Source of the DNA: an uncultured Tepidamorphus sp.
Lineage (GTDB): Bacteria; Pseudomonadota; Alphaproteobacteria; Rhizobiales; Tepidamorphaceae
Assembly: GCA_905479765.1 (NCBI GenBank)
Contig: CAJQNW010000051.1
Span: 1 to 48,108 of the forward strand
DNA length: 48,108 nucleotides
Direction: 5' to 3'
The number at the start of each line of letters is the position of its first letter. The stretch's first letter is position 1. Both the position numbers and the translations under genes were made by a program. Positions 1 through 11,402 of this stretch are shown here, piece by piece. A model generated the notes under the pieces. It was not told the origin of the DNA. It searched no databases and worked only from the letters and a program-made list of their open reading frames with translations.

Positions 1-2
1 TC

Positions 3-479
3 GCGCTGTTCTTCGGGGGGAACCGCAACAACACCATGGGCTTCATCGGCACGCTGGCGCTGATGATCCTGGCGCCGATGGCCGCGATGCTGGTACAGAT
101 GGCGATCTCGCGGTCTCGCGAATACGAGGCCGACCGCATGGGCGCGGAAATCTGTGGCCAGCCGCTGTGGCTCGCCTCGGCATTGGACAAGATCGCCGGG
201 GGCGTGCGGCGCATTCCCAACGAGCAGGCCGAACGCAACAAGGCGACAGCGCATATGTTCATCATCAATCCCCTGCACGGCGAGCGCATGGACAGCCTGT
301 TCTCGACGCATCCGGCGACCGAGAACCGCATCGCCAAGCTGCACGAGATGGCCGGGCGGATGGGCGGGTCGGGCAGCCGCGCCCGCAACGCTGGCGGCCC
401 GTGGAGCGGCAGCGTGCCGCCGACAGGGTCCAGGCAGGCCGGCTCGCGGAGCCGTTCGCAGTCCGGTCCGTGGGGCTGA
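3..479 (+). CDS. htpX: Zinc metalloprotease HtpX (M48), 3' part only; runs off the window start
   Basis: Frame is open from base 3. Motifs [25 protein letters not shown] and LFSTHP match the HtpX C-terminal half; the GPWG tail is typical of alphaproteobacterial HtpX. Confidence 0.93.
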   Translation, partial: ALFFGGNRNNTMGFIGTLALMILAPMAAMLVQMAISRSREYEADRMGAEICGQPLWLASALDKIAGGVRRIPNEQAERNKATAHMFIINPLHGERMDSLFSTHPATENRIAKLHEMAGRMGGSGSRARNAGGPWSGSVPPTGSRQAGSRSRSQSGPWG

Positions 480-488
480 TCGCGGTTC

Positions 489-1853
489 GTGGCACACTCT
501 CAATCCAGACATAAACCGGCGGTTGATCCGGCCGGGCTCGCGGCGCGCCGCGTGGCGGTCGATATCGTCGACGACGCGCTCGCCCGGCGGCTGACGCTGG
601 ACGCAGCCCTCGACGGCGAGCATGGCCACGAGGGGCTTTCGTCTCTCGAACCGCGGGACCGCGGCTTCGTCAAGGTGCTCGCCACCGAGACGATCCGCCG
701 GCACGGTCAACTGACCGCCGCCCTGTCGGGCTTCCTCGAAAAGCCGCTGCCGAAATCGGCCGGCAAGACCAAATCGATCCTCCAGGTCGCAGCCTGCCAG
801 ATCCTGTTCCTCGATGTCGCCGCCCACGCCGCCGTCGATACCGCGGTCGAACTTGCCGCCATGGACCGGGCGGGGCGGCATTTCCGCGGCCTCGTCAACG
901 CGGTGCTGCGCCGGATCGCGGAGAACCGAGAAGCGATCCTGGCGAGGCCCGATACCGGCCGGATCAACACGCCGGACTGGCTGGCGGAACGGTGGATCGC
1001 GGCGTTCGGCGAAGAGACGGCCGCCGCGATCATGGCAGCCCACCTTGCCCAGCCTCCGCTCGACCTGACCGTGAAATCCGATCCCGAAACCTGGGCGGAG
1101 ACGCTCGGTGGCGCGGTGCTGCCGAGCGGAGCCGGCCCCACGGGTGCGGTCCGGCTCGCCAAGTCCGGCGACGTCGCCGCGATGCCCGGCTTTTCCGAGG
1201 GCGCCTGGTGGGTGCAGGATTTCGCCGCCACGCTGCCGGCCCAGCTGCTCGGCGATGTGTCCGGCCTGAGCGTCGCCGATATCTGTGCTGCGCCCGGCGG
1301 CAAGACCGCCCAGCTCGCCGCCGCCGGGGCCCGGGTCACCGCCATCGACCGGTCGGCCAGCCGCATGGCGCGGCTTCAGGGCAATCTGGCCCGCCTGGAT
1401 CTCAGCGCCGAAACCGTCGTGGCGGATGCGGTCGAATGGCAACCCGGGACGCTCTTCGACGCGATCCTGCTCGATGCGCCCTGCTCGGCGACCGGGACGA
1501 TCCGGCGGCATCCCGATATCGCCTGGATCCGCCGGGAATCGGAAGTAGGGCGCCTTGCCGGGCTGCAGGAGCGGCTTTTGCGCAAGGCGATCGACCTGGT
1601 GAAACCCGGCGGTACGCTTGTCTACGCGACCTGTTCGCTGGAACCGGAGGAATGCGAGGCCCGAATCGACGCCGTTTTGGGAGAGAACCTGCCCGTGCGG
1701 CGAAAGCCGGTCGAGGCCGGCGAGATCGGCGGTCTCAGCCCGTGCATTACCGCCAAGGGTGATCTCAGAACGCTGCCCTGCTATTCGCCGGATGGCACGG
1801 ACAATGGTGGGATGGACGGGTTCTTCGCCTCCCGGCTTGTCCGGTCGGACTGA
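489..1853 (+). CDS. rsmB: RsmB/NOP (Sun/Fmu) family RNA m5C methyltransferase with NusB-like N-terminal domain
   Basis: Motifs VNAVLR, VQD, DICAAPGGKT, LLDAPCSATG, LVYATCS and DGFF. Confidence 0.9.
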   Translation: MAHSQSRHKPAVDPAGLAARRVAVDIVDDALARRLTLDAALDGEHGHEGLSSLEPRDRGFVKVLATETIRRHGQLTAALSGFLEKPLPKSAGKTKSILQVAACQILFLDVAAHAAVDTAVELAAMDRAGRHFRGLVNAVLRRIAENREAILARPDTGRINTPDWLAERWIAAFGEETAAAIMAAHLAQPPLDLTVKSDPETWAETLGGAVLPSGAGPTGAVRLAKSGDVAAMPGFSEGAWWVQDFAATLPAQLLGDVSGLSVADICAAPGGKTAQLAAAGARVTAIDRSASRMARLQGNLARLDLSAETVVADAVEWQPGTLFDAILLDAPCSATGTIRRHPDIAWIRRESEVGRLAGLQERLLRKAIDLVKPGGTLVYATCSLEPEECEARIDAVLGENLPVRRKPVEAGEIGGLSPCITAKGDLRTLPCYSPDGTDNGGMDGFFASRLVRSD

Positions 1854-2021
1854 TGGCCGGCGAATACCCTCAAGGCAACCGGGATCGCTGCTCGTGGCAA
1901 CACGCGAGGGCACGCTTGCGTATAGTCCAATTATATTAAACTTTTATCGATAGTGTGAAGCTCGCGGGGCTCGGCTGCATCTTTAATGCGCCTGCCTGGA
2001 CGAGGAGAGTAGGCGGCGCGT

Positions 2022-3824
2022 ATGGCCGGAATTGCAATCGGCGACCGTTTGCGTATCGGCGCAATCATGGCCGGGCATCAGGTTCGCTCGATGCTCACGG
2101 CTGCCTATGCGGGCCCGTTTTCGCGGTTTCGGTTTTCCGGCGGTGCGCCGGAACGGCTCACGGTGGCACCGCATGACCTGCGCACTGCCGATCCGACGAT
2201 TGCCGCTGATTTCTACTCGGGCCGATACTCCTTTGCCGGTTCCGTCGTCGATATCGGGGGCTCGACCCCGTTTTCCGTCCCGCCGCCGTCGGCGGAGTGG
2301 AAGCGGGCGCTGCACGGTTTCGGCTGGCTCAGGCATATGCGCGCCGCCGATACCGAACTCACGCGCCTTCATGCCCGTGCCCTGATCTCCGACTGGATCC
2401 AGGATTTTTCCGGCTGGGACCCCATCGCCTGGTCTCCGGAGGTGACCGCGCGGCGGCTGATTTCATGGTTCAGCCATTCGCCGCTGATATTGCGCGGCGC
2501 CGATCATGCGTTCTACCGGCGCTTCATGCGCTCGATGTCGCGGCAGGTCCGCTATCTCATCCGCACCGCCGACGAGGCGCCGGACGGGGTGGCGCGGCTC
2601 ACCGCCGTGATCGCGCTGTGCTATGCGGGGCTCTGCATGGCCGGGCGCCAGCGGTTGATGCGCCAGTCGGCGCGCCGGCTCGACGACGAGCTGGGCCGCC
2701 AGGTGCTGCCCGATGGCGGCCATGTCAGCCGCAACCCGGAAGCGGTTGTGCTGCTGCTGCTCGATCTGCTGCCGTTGCGCCAGACGTTCGCGGCACGCGA
2801 CACGCCGCCCTCCAGTGCGCTGATGTCGGCAATCGACCGGATGATGCCGATGCTGCGATTCTTCCGCCACGACGACGGCGCACTCGCCCATTTCAACGGC
2901 ATGGGGCCGACCTATCCCGATATCCTGGCGACCCTGCTCGCCTATGACGAGACGCGCGGCGCGCCGGTGCTGAATGCATCCTATTCGGGCTATCAGCGGC
3001 TGGAAGCCGGCGACACGGTGATTATCGTCGATACCGGCGCGCCGCCGCCGCCGCTGCTTTCGCGCGACGCGCATGCGGGCTGCCTGTCGTTTGAAATGTC
3101 GTCGGGCGCGGAACGAATCATCGTCAATTGCGGGGTTCCCACGATCGGGGATCCGGAATGGCGCGCGGTCGCGCGCGCGACTGCCGCGCATTCGACGGCG
3201 ACGCTTGGCGATACGTCGTCCTGCCGGTTCGCGACCGGCCCGCTGGTGGTGAAAAAGCTCGGACCCGTCATGCTGTCGGGACCGCGTCATGTCGAGGTCG
3301 AGCGGCGCGACGAGGATGTCGTTTCGCTGAGCGCCAGCCATGACGGATACCGCGGCGATTTCGGCATCGTCCATGAGCGGCGTCTGGCCGTTGCCCCGGA
3401 CGGCGGGCGAATCGACGGCGAAGACCTGTTTACCGTGGTGTCGGGCGGCAGCGACAATCCCGCCTACGCAGTGCGGTTTCACCTGCACCCGCTGGTGCGC
3501 GCCAGCCGCACCCGCGACCACAACCGGGTCATCCTTGCGCCCGAGCGTGGCGACCCCTGGGAGTTCTATGCCGGCGGGGCCGATATCAGCGTCGAGGAAA
3601 GCGTCTATCTGGGCGGTCTCGACGGGCCGCGCCGCACCGACCAGATCGTCCTGCACGGGCGCTGCCGTCATTCGCCGCGGGTGAACTGGCGGCTGGAGCG
3701 GATCGACCCCAGGAAGCAGCAGGCCGAACCCGTGCCGGAGACGGAGGAGTTGCCGTTGGCGAGCGGGCCAGCCGAATATGTCGAACCGGGCGATATCCCC
3801 GGAACAGACGAAGGCACGGCGTGA
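2022..3824 (+). CDS. Heparinase II/III family protein
   Basis: Motifs LHGFGWLRH, DGGHVSRNP, FNG, HAGCLSFE, ATAAHST, ASHDGY and RFHLHP; usual rhizobial position between rsmB and purH. Confidence 0.85.
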   Translation: MAGIAIGDRLRIGAIMAGHQVRSMLTAAYAGPFSRFRFSGGAPERLTVAPHDLRTADPTIAADFYSGRYSFAGSVVDIGGSTPFSVPPPSAEWKRALHGFGWLRHMRAADTELTRLHARALISDWIQDFSGWDPIAWSPEVTARRLISWFSHSPLILRGADHAFYRRFMRSMSRQVRYLIRTADEAPDGVARLTAVIALCYAGLCMAGRQRLMRQSARRLDDELGRQVLPDGGHVSRNPEAVVLLLLDLLPLRQTFAARDTPPSSALMSAIDRMMPMLRFFRHDDGALAHFNGMGPTYPDILATLLAYDETRGAPVLNASYSGYQRLEAGDTVIIVDTGAPPPPLLSRDAHAGCLSFEMSSGAERIIVNCGVPTIGDPEWRAVARATAAHSTATLGDTSSCRFATGPLVVKKLGPVMLSGPRHVEVERRDEDVVSLSASHDGYRGDFGIVHERRLAVAPDGGRIDGEDLFTVVSGGSDNPAYAVRFHLHPLVRASRTRDHNRVILAPERGDPWEFYAGGADISVEESVYLGGLDGPRRTDQIVLHGRCRHSPRVNWRLERIDPRKQQAEPVPETEELPLASGPAEYVEPGDIPGTDEGTA

Positions 3825-3895
3825 CCTGAAGCGGCGTCCATGCTAAGCGGCGCGGGACGAAACCCGTCCTCCCCGCAAATGCCCAGGAACCGCTG

Positions 3896-5497
3896 ATGAC
3901 GAACAAGCCGATGCCCGTCCGCAGGGCCCTCCTTTCCGTTTCCGACAAGTCCGGAATCGTCGATTTCGCCAAGGCGCTCGCCGGCAATGGTGTCGAGTTG
4001 CTGTCGACCGGCGGCACCGCGCAGACGCTGAAGGAGGCCGGCCTGACCGTCGTCGATGTGGCGACCGTGACCGGTTCGCCGGAAATGCTCGACGGCCGCG
4101 TCAAGACGCTGCATCCCAAGGTGCACGGCGGATTGCTCGCCGACCGGTCGAAGCCCGATCATGTGGCGGCACTGGCTGAACACGGCATTCCGGAAATCGA
4201 TCTGCTGGCGATCAATCTCTATCCCTTCGAGGAGACGCTGACGCGCGGGGCGGGCTTCGACGAGTGCATCGAGAACATCGATATTGGCGGGCCGGCGATG
4301 ATCCGGGCAGCCGCCAAGAACCACGGCTCGGTGACGGTGCTGGTCGATCCGGCGGACTATGCCGGCGTCCTGGAAGAGCTTGCAGGCGGCGGGGTCAGCG
4401 CGGGAACCCGGCAGCGGCTGGCGGCCAAGGCCTTCTCGCGCACGGCTGCCTATGACGCGGCGATCTCGCGCTGGTTCACCGACGAGGTGGGCGAGGCCGA
4501 GCCGACATGGGTCAGCTTCGGCGGGACGCTTGCGGAAAGCCTTCGGTACGGTGAGAACCCGCACCAGCGCGCCGGTTTCTACAAGACGGCCGAGTCGCGG
4601 CCGGGACCGACGCGGCCGGGCGTCGCGACGGCGCGGCAGCTGCAGGGCAAGGCGCTGTCCTACAACAATATCAACGATACCGACGCCGCCTTCGAACTGG
4701 TCGCCGAATTCGATACGACCGAGTCGGCGGCGGTCGCCATCATCAAGCACGCCAATCCGTGCGGCGTCGCCACCGGAGCCTCGCTTCGCGACGCGTATGA
4801 ACTGGCGCTGCGGTGCGATCCGGTGTCCGCCTTCGGCGGTATCGTGGCGCTCAACCGGACGCTGGACGCGGAGGCGGCTGAAAAGATCGTCGAGATCTTC
4901 ACCGAGGTGATCGTCGCGCCCGACGCGAGCCCGGAGGCGATCGGGATCGTCGCGGCGAAGAAGAACCTGCGCCTGCTCGTTACCGGCGGACTGCCCGATC
5001 CGGCGACGCCGGGGCTCACCGTGCGCTCGGTCGCCGGCGGCCTGCTGGTGCAGTCGCGCGACAACGGGCGGCTGGGGATCAACGATCTCAAGGTCGTCAC
5101 CAGGCGGGCGCCAAGCGCGCGGGAGCTTGCCGACATGCTGTTTGCCTGGCGGGTCGCCAAGCACGTCAAGTCGAACGCCATCATCTACGCAAAGGACGGG
5201 GCAACGGCCGGCATCGGGGCCGGCCAGATGAGCCGTGTCGATTCAGCCCGTATCGCCGCGCACAAGTCGGAGGAGGCCGCGAAGACCGCCGGGCTCGACA
5301 CGCCGCTGGCGCAGGGCTCGGTGGTCGCATCCGACGCCTTCTTCCCGTTCGCGGACGGCCTACTGGCGGCGGCGGCGGCGGGCGCGACGGCGGTGATCCA
5401 ACCGGGCGGCTCGATGCGCGACGAGGATGTGATCGCGGCGGCGGATGAAAACGATCTCGCCATGGTCTTCACCGGCATGCGCCACTTCCGGCACTAG
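3896..5497 (+). CDS. purH: Bifunctional AICAR transformylase / IMP cyclohydrolase
   Basis: Motifs [46 protein letters not shown] and RHFRH. Confidence 0.98.
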   Translation: MTNKPMPVRRALLSVSDKSGIVDFAKALAGNGVELLSTGGTAQTLKEAGLTVVDVATVTGSPEMLDGRVKTLHPKVHGGLLADRSKPDHVAALAEHGIPEIDLLAINLYPFEETLTRGAGFDECIENIDIGGPAMIRAAAKNHGSVTVLVDPADYAGVLEELAGGGVSAGTRQRLAAKAFSRTAAYDAAISRWFTDEVGEAEPTWVSFGGTLAESLRYGENPHQRAGFYKTAESRPGPTRPGVATARQLQGKALSYNNINDTDAAFELVAEFDTTESAAVAIIKHANPCGVATGASLRDAYELALRCDPVSAFGGIVALNRTLDAEAAEKIVEIFTEVIVAPDASPEAIGIVAAKKNLRLLVTGGLPDPATPGLTVRSVAGGLLVQSRDNGRLGINDLKVVTRRAPSARELADMLFAWRVAKHVKSNAIIYAKDGATAGIGAGQMSRVDSARIAAHKSEEAAKTAGLDTPLAQGSVVASDAFFPFADGLLAAAAAGATAVIQPGGSMRDEDVIAAADENDLAMVFTGMRHFRH

Positions 5498-5520
5498 TTC
5501 AGAGGGGGTACACTCATAAG

Positions 5521-6405
5521 ATGCGGCGCCTTCTCGTTTCCCTTCTCCTGCTGGTCGTGGTCGGTGTCATCGGCGGATTCCTGTATTTCTGGGGATCGCT
5601 GACGGGTCTCTACAACGAAAAGCGCACGCCGGCCGAACTGCTTGCATTGCTGGAACCCGACATCGTCGTCGTGAAGCCCGACGGCGAGGGGCCGTTCCCG
5701 GCGATCCTGCTTCACTCGGGCTGCGAGGGCGTGTGGAACGGCGACAAGCGCCGGCCGCTGATGGGAGAATACGCCGACATCGCCAAGTCCGCGGGCGTGG
5801 TGGCTATCATCGTCGACAGTTTCAAGCCCCGCCATATCAGCTCGCAAGAGGCTGTCGACGACGTCTGTTCCGGCTGGCTGCTGCGTGGCGCGGAGCGCGC
5901 CGGGGACGTCGCGGTCACCATTCCCTACGCGCGTTCGCTTCCCTACGTCGATCCGACCCGGATCGCGGTCGCGGGCTGGAGCCACGGCGGCTGGTCGGTC
6001 ATGGATTTCCTGGCGATGTCGCCCGACCGGATGGTGCCGTACAGCCTGACCGAATGGCCCGAGGACACCTTCGCAGGCCTCACCTCGGTCTACCTGACCT
6101 ATCCGTATTGCGGCTTCCCGGCGCTTGCGCCGAGCCGTGGCGAAGTCGAGCCGAGGCCGACGTGGGCGATCCACGGTACGGCGGACGTGACCGCCAACCC
6201 GGTACCCTGCAACGAGGCCTACGCGCTCGTCGTCGAGCAAGGCGCACCCGTCGACATCGAGGTCCTGGACGGGGCGACACATGCCTTCGACAGGTCCGAC
6301 CTGTCGCCTGAGTCGACGTCGAAATACAATCCCGAATTCGCCGAAATCGCCTTCCGGCGCTTCCGCCAATTCCTGGAATCCGTGTTGATCCCCTCGGGCG
6401 GCTGA
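5521..6405 (+). CDS. Dienelactone hydrolase family alpha/beta hydrolase with N-terminal membrane anchor
   Basis: Hydrophobic N-terminus; GPFPAILLH, nucleophile elbow GWSHGG, HGTAD and GATHAFD. Confidence 0.8.
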   Translation: MRRLLVSLLLLVVVGVIGGFLYFWGSLTGLYNEKRTPAELLALLEPDIVVVKPDGEGPFPAILLHSGCEGVWNGDKRRPLMGEYADIAKSAGVVAIIVDSFKPRHISSQEAVDDVCSGWLLRGAERAGDVAVTIPYARSLPYVDPTRIAVAGWSHGGWSVMDFLAMSPDRMVPYSLTEWPEDTFAGLTSVYLTYPYCGFPALAPSRGEVEPRPTWAIHGTADVTANPVPCNEAYALVVEQGAPVDIEVLDGATHAFDRSDLSPESTSKYNPEFAEIAFRRFRQFLESVLIPSGG

Positions 6406-6420
6406 CCCAGGGGATCGGAG

Positions 6421-9400
6421 TCAGGTTCCCGCGGCTTCCAGAATCAGATCATTGAACAAGCTCGCGGCGACGGCGAGGCGCGCAAGCGTCATGGGCCCGC
6501 GCTCGATGTCGGCGACGGCGCTTGCCATGCGGTCGAGACTTGGCCCGCGCGACCTGATCCAGGCGTCCATTGCCGGCTTGCCCTTCTTGCCGGTCGCCAG
6601 TACCTCGGCGACCAGCTTGCGCTGCGCCTCGAAGATCAGGTCGAGCGTGCGGTTGAGCGCCATCCGGTCGTAGTAGTCGACGGCGGCCAGCGACCGGGCG
6701 GTTTCGGCCAGATCGTCGACATGGAAGTGGGCGGAAAAGGCGAAGAACGTCTCAGCGACGGCGCCGAGCGACTTGCCGGTGCGGTCCGATACCAGCACGA
6801 TGTCGGGCGCCCGCGCCAGCCAGCGCGCGCCGGCCGACCGGACGGCGAGGTCTTCGGGAAGGCCTGCCTCGACGAGTTCGTCGCGCCGCGTCGCGATTCG
6901 TTCCGCGTCCTCGGCCGGCAGTACCTTGGCGAGGCCGGCGACAAGCCGGGCCGTGGCCTTGCGGTAGTGGGCGATGACCTCGGCGAGCCCCTGCTCCATG
7001 TCGACGTTGCGCAGGAACCAGACGGTGGCCCGCAGCAGCAGATCCTGCAGGCTGGCATAGAGCTCGAGCTGCAATTCGCCGGATATGACGTTGTCCAGCG
7101 CATCGATCTCGCCGTTCACTTCGGTCAGGCCGAAGGCGTTTCGCGCGGCTGCGAAAGCGGCGGCGATGTCCGGCACGTCGGCGCCGGTCTCGTCCGTCAG
7201 CCGGACGATCATGGTCGCGCCGCAGCGGTTGATCATCGAGTTGGCCAGCATCGTGGAAATGATCTCGCGCCGCAGCCGGTGGCCCTTGATGGCGCCGGCG
7301 AACTTCGATTGCAGGCGACCGGGGAAATAGCGCATCAGTTCGCGCGCCAGATAAGGATCGTCGGGCACGGTGCTGGTCAGGAGCCGCGAATAGAGGTCGA
7401 GCTTGGCATAGGCGAGCAGCACGGCGAGCTCAGGCCTCGTCAGCGGCTCGTCGCGTGCCTCCCGGGCCTGCAGTTCGGCGTCGTCAGGCAGGAACTCGAC
7501 GGCACGGTCGAGGTCACCGCGCGATTCCAGGTCGCGCATCAGCCGCCGCTGGAAGCCGAGGTCTTCCAGGCCGCGCTGCTGGATCAGCGACAGCGCCAGT
7601 GTCTGCATGTAGTTGTTGCGCAGGACGAGGGCGCCGACCTCGTCGGTCATCTCGACCAGCAACTTGTTGCGCTGGGCAAGCGTCAGCGCACCGGCGCGCA
7701 TCTCGCCGCCGAGCGCGATCTTGATGTTGACCTCCATGTCGGAGGAGTTGACGCCGGCGGAATTGTCGATCGCATCGGTGTTGATGTGGCCGCCGCGAAG
7801 CGCGAACTCGATGCGGGCAAGCTGCGTCATGCCGAGGTTGGCGCCTTCGCCGACCACCTTGACGCGCAGGTCCGGCGCGGTGATGCGAATGGCGTCGTTG
7901 GCGCGGTCGCCGACCTCGTCGTCGGTCTCGTCGGTCGAGCGGATATAGGTGCCGATACCGCCGAACCACAGCAGATCGGCCTGAAGCTTCAGGATCGCCG
8001 TGATGATCTCGACCGGCGTTGCCGTCTTGCGCTTGAGGTCGAGCATCTCCTGCATCTGCGGCGACAGCGGGATCGCCTTGGTCTGCCGCGAAAAGACGCC
8101 GCCGCCCTGGGAAATCAGGCCCGCGTCGTAGTCCTGCCAGCTGGAGCGCGGCAGTGCGAACAGACGCTGGCGTTCGGCAAACCCCGTCGCCGGATCGGGA
8201 TCGGGATCGATGAAGATGTCGCGGTGGTCGAAGGCGGCGAGCAGCCGGATGTGCTCGGACAGAAGCATGCCGTTGCCGAACACGTCGCCGGACATGTCGC
8301 CGACGCCGATGACGGTGAAGGGCGTCGTCTGGATGTCGACATCCATCTCGCGGAAGTGGCGCTTGACCGCTTCCCAGCCGCCGCGCGCGGTAATCCCCAT
8401 CTTCTTGTGGTCGTAGCCCGCCGAGCCGCCCGAGGCGAAGGCGTCGCCGAGCCAGAAATCGCGCGACAGCGAGATCTCGTTGGCGATGTCGGAGAAGGTC
8501 GCCGTACCCTTGTCGGCGGCCACGACGAGATAGGGATCGTCCTGGTCGTGGCGGACCGTCAGGTCGGGAGCGACGATCTCGCCCTCGACGAGATTGTCCG
8601 TCACATCGAGCAGGCTGCCGATGAAGATCTTGTAGCAGGCAATCCCTTCCTCGAGCATCGCCTCGCGGTTGCCGGTCGGCAGATGTCTGGGCACGAAGCC
8701 GCCCTTGGCGCCAACCGGGACGATGACGGCGTTCTTGACCTGCTGCGCCTTGACCAGCCCCAACACCTCGGTGCGGAAATCCTGAGGCCGGTCGGACCAT
8801 CTCAGGCCGCCGCGGGCGATCTCGCCGAAGCGCAGGTGCACGCCTTCGACGCGCGGGCTGTAGACGAAGATCTCTACATGCGGCCGCGGTTCCGGCAGGT
8901 CGTCGACCGAGGGGCTGGACAGCTTGACGGCAAAGGCCGGACGCGCCTCGCCGTGCGTGTCGTACTGGTAGTAGTTGGTCCTCAGCGTGACCCGGATCAG
9001 ATTGACGAAGCGGCGGACGATGCGGTCTTCATCGAGGCTGGGCACGGCTTCGAGGGCCGCCTCGATCTTCTCCACGAACCCTTCCTCGGCCGCGATGCGC
9101 TCGGCGTTGTCCGTCACGTCCGGCGTGAAACGGGCATGGAACATCTGGACCAGCAGGCCGGCGATGTCGGCGTGGCGGCACAGTGTCTGCCACATGTAAT
9201 CCTGGGAGTAGGGGACACGCGCCTGGCGCAGATAGCGCGAGTAGGCGCGCAGCACCGCGATGTCGCGCCAGTGCAGGCCGGTCTTGACGATGAGCGCGTT
9301 GTAGCCGTCGTTCTCCGCCTGTCCGAGCACGACCGCCAGGAACCCCTTGGCGAGCGGCCTGCCGAGCCTGTCGAGGTCGATCGCCGCCCCGTCGGCGCGC

Positions 9401-11289
9401 TCCAGGGCCATGTCGTGCATGTAGATATTGGCGGGCGCCTCGTCCTTGCCCGGCCGGGCGATGCGGTAGGTGCGCTCGCTGATCACCTTGAAGCCCATGT
9501 TCTCCAGAATCGGGACGCGCTCGGACAGCGGCACCGGGCTGTTCACGCGGAACAGCTTGAGTCCCAGCCGGTCGGGACGGTCGGCGTCGGGGCGATGGAA
9601 ATCGATGAGCAGCTTGCGGTCGCCGACCAGGCGTTCGACGACGCCTATGTCGTGCACCGCGACGTCGGCGGAGTAGGCGGCCTGATAGGCCGCGGTGAAG
9701 GCGTCCTTGTAGCGGCCATACAGTTCGGCGGCGCGGAAGACGTCATGGGCCCCGTCGAGCGCTTCCTTCAGGTTGTCGGACCAGGTGCGGATCAGCCTGG
9801 CGATCTCCGCTTCAAGCAAGGCGCGATCCGGGGTGGGGCAGTCGCCCTCGTAGCGTCCGAGGATAAAATGGACGCGTGTCAGGACGCCTTCGGGATAGAA
9901 CGGATAGAAGGCCGAGACGCGGCCTTCGAAGGCCTCGGCGAGCATGTTGCCGATCGCGATGCGGACATCGGTGTTGTAGCGGTCGCGCGGGACGTAGATC
10001 AGCGCCGAGACGAAACGGTCGAACTTGTCGACCCGGTAAAGCACGCGGATGCGCGGCCGCTCGCCGAGCAGCAGGATCGCCAGCGACCACTCATAGAGCG
10101 TTTCGATGTCGATCTGGAACAACTCGTCGCGCGGAAACGTCTCCAGCACATTGATCAGCGCCTTGCCGTTGTGGCTTCCCGGCTCGAAGCCGGTCTTGCG
10201 CATGACCAGGTCGACCTTGCGCCTGAGATAGGGGATCGAGCGGATGCCGCGATTGTAGGCGGTCGAGGTGAACAAGCCGATGACGCGCAGCTCGCCGGTG
10301 AGGTTGCCCTCCTCGTCGAAGGTCTTGACGCCGATGTAGTCGAGATGGACGCGCCGGTGGACGAGTGACTTCACGTTGGCCTTGGTGACGATCAGCGGCA
10401 CCGGCTGCAACAGGAAGTCACGAAGTTCCGGCGTATAGGTCACCCATTCGCGGCCGCGCCGGAGCACAAGCACCTCCGGGTCGCGCAGGATGCCGTATCC
10501 CGCGCCCTCGTCGAGAGCGACGCGCTCGAGCCGGCCTTCCTTGACGCCGCCGACGAATTCGTACTCGCGCATGCCCAGAAGGGTGAAATTGTTGTCGGCG
10601 ATCCAGTCGAGGAAATGGATGGCCTCGGCGATCTCGTCGGCAGGGATCGGCGGCGGGTTCTCGCGGTAGCCGGCGATCTCGGTCTTCAGGCGCTGCAGCA
10701 TCGGCTGCCAGTCCTGGACGACGATGCGGACGGCGTCATCGACCCGGCCCAGGGCGGCGGCGGTTTCACGCCGCTCCAGGTCGCTGTCGATGCGGTTGAC
10801 ATGGATGTGGATGACGCTCTCGCGCAGCACGGCGGACTTCGAGTTCGGGCGTTCGAATCCGAAGAACTTCTTTCGCCTGCCCTTGGCATCGCGTTCCAGG
10901 CATACGATCGGATGCAGGACGAGCCGGGCCTGGTAACCGCGATCCTGCAGTTCGGCCATCGCCGAATCGAGCAGGAAGGGCATGTTGTCGTTGACGATCT
11001 CGACGACCGTGATCGAGTTCAACGGCGATTCCGGATCGGGGTCGACCGGATCGGGGTCGAAGACCCGGACCTTGTGGTTGCCGGGGTGGCGGGTGTTGGA
11101 AAACGTCCAGGCGGACTGGGCGAGCTGGGCGAGTTCGTCGGCCGAATAGACTTCCAGGTCCTCGCAGGCGGCGTCGCTGAAGAGGCATTCGGCGAAATCC
11201 CGCAATGCGGACTTGCGCGATCCGCCCGGCAGTGCCTTCAGAGCGGCGCTGATGAGCGTACGCCGTTGATCCTGGTCGCGTTGCAACAT
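6421..11289 (-). CDS. gdhB: Large NAD-specific glutamate dehydrogenase
   Basis: 1622 aa; motifs DNMPFLLDS, RGGLRWSDR, VAADKGTATFSD, GVGDMSGDVFGNGML and DNSAGV. Confidence 0.95.
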   Translation of the reverse strand: MLQRDQDQRRTLISAALKALPGGSRKSALRDFAECLFSDAACEDLEVYSADELAQLAQSAWTFSNTRHPGNHKVRVFDPDPVDPDPESPLNSITVVEIVNDNMPFLLDSAMAELQDRGYQARLVLHPIVCLERDAKGRRKKFFGFERPNSKSAVLRESVIHIHVNRIDSDLERRETAAALGRVDDAVRIVVQDWQPMLQRLKTEIAGYRENPPPIPADEIAEAIHFLDWIADNNFTLLGMREYEFVGGVKEGRLERVALDEGAGYGILRDPEVLVLRRGREWVTYTPELRDFLLQPVPLIVTKANVKSLVHRRVHLDYIGVKTFDEEGNLTGELRVIGLFTSTAYNRGIRSIPYLRRKVDLVMRKTGFEPGSHNGKALINVLETFPRDELFQIDIETLYEWSLAILLLGERPRIRVLYRVDKFDRFVSALIYVPRDRYNTDVRIAIGNMLAEAFEGRVSAFYPFYPEGVLTRVHFILGRYEGDCPTPDRALLEAEIARLIRTWSDNLKEALDGAHDVFRAAELYGRYKDAFTAAYQAAYSADVAVHDIGVVERLVGDRKLLIDFHRPDADRPDRLGLKLFRVNSPVPLSERVPILENMGFKVISERTYRIARPGKDEAPANIYMHDMALERADGAAIDLDRLGRPLAKGFLAVVLGQAENDGYNALIVKTGLHWRDIAVLRAYSRYLRQARVPYSQDYMWQTLCRHADIAGLLVQMFHARFTPDVTDNAERIAAEEGFVEKIEAALEAVPSLDEDRIVRRFVNLIRVTLRTNYYQYDTHGEARPAFAVKLSSPSVDDLPEPRPHVEIFVYSPRVEGVHLRFGEIARGGLRWSDRPQDFRTEVLGLVKAQQVKNAVIVPVGAKGGFVPRHLPTGNREAMLEEGIACYKIFIGSLLDVTDNLVEGEIVAPDLTVRHDQDDPYLVVAADKGTATFSDIANEISLSRDFWLGDAFASGGSAGYDHKKMGITARGGWEAVKRHFREMDVDIQTTPFTVIGVGDMSGDVFGNGMLLSEHIRLLAAFDHRDIFIDPDPDPATGFAERQRLFALPRSSWQDYDAGLISQGGGVFSRQTKAIPLSPQMQEMLDLKRKTATPVEIITAILKLQADLLWFGGIGTYIRSTDETDDEVGDRANDAIRITAPDLRVKVVGEGANLGMTQLARIEFALRGGHINTDAIDNSAGVNSSDMEVNIKIALGGEMRAGALTLAQRNKLLVEMTDEVGALVLRNNYMQTLALSLIQQRGLEDLGFQRRLMRDLESRGDLDRAVEFLPDDAELQAREARDEPLTRPELAVLLAYAKLDLYSRLLTSTVPDDPYLARELMRYFPGRLQSKFAGAIKGHRLRREIISTMLANSMINRCGATMIVRLTDETGADVPDIAAAFAAARNAFGLTEVNGEIDALDNVISGELQLELYASLQDLLLRATVWFLRNVDMEQGLAEVIAHYRKATARLVAGLAKVLPAEDAERIATRRDELVEAGLPEDLAVRSAGARWLARAPDIVLVSDRTGKSLGAVAETFFAFSAHFHVDDLAETARSLAAVDYYDRMALNRTLDLIFEAQRKLVAEVLATGKKGKPAMDAWIRSRGPSLDRMASAVADIERGPMTLARLAVAASLFNDLILEAAGT

Positions 11290-11402
11290 GGCATTTCCCC
11301 TTCAGGGCTCGCACGTTCGCCGGTACGGCCGACGGCCCTGTTATGCCGATAGTTCGACAGTTTGTTGACGCTGTCGAGGGGCGATGACCGGATAAAACCG
11401 TC

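Noticed and set aside
6721-10368. 1215-aa plus-strand ORF, and similar long antisense ORFs such as 39950-42664 and 42561-44525
   Set aside because: Shadow frames opposite well-supported genes in high-GC DNA; no recognisable motifs.
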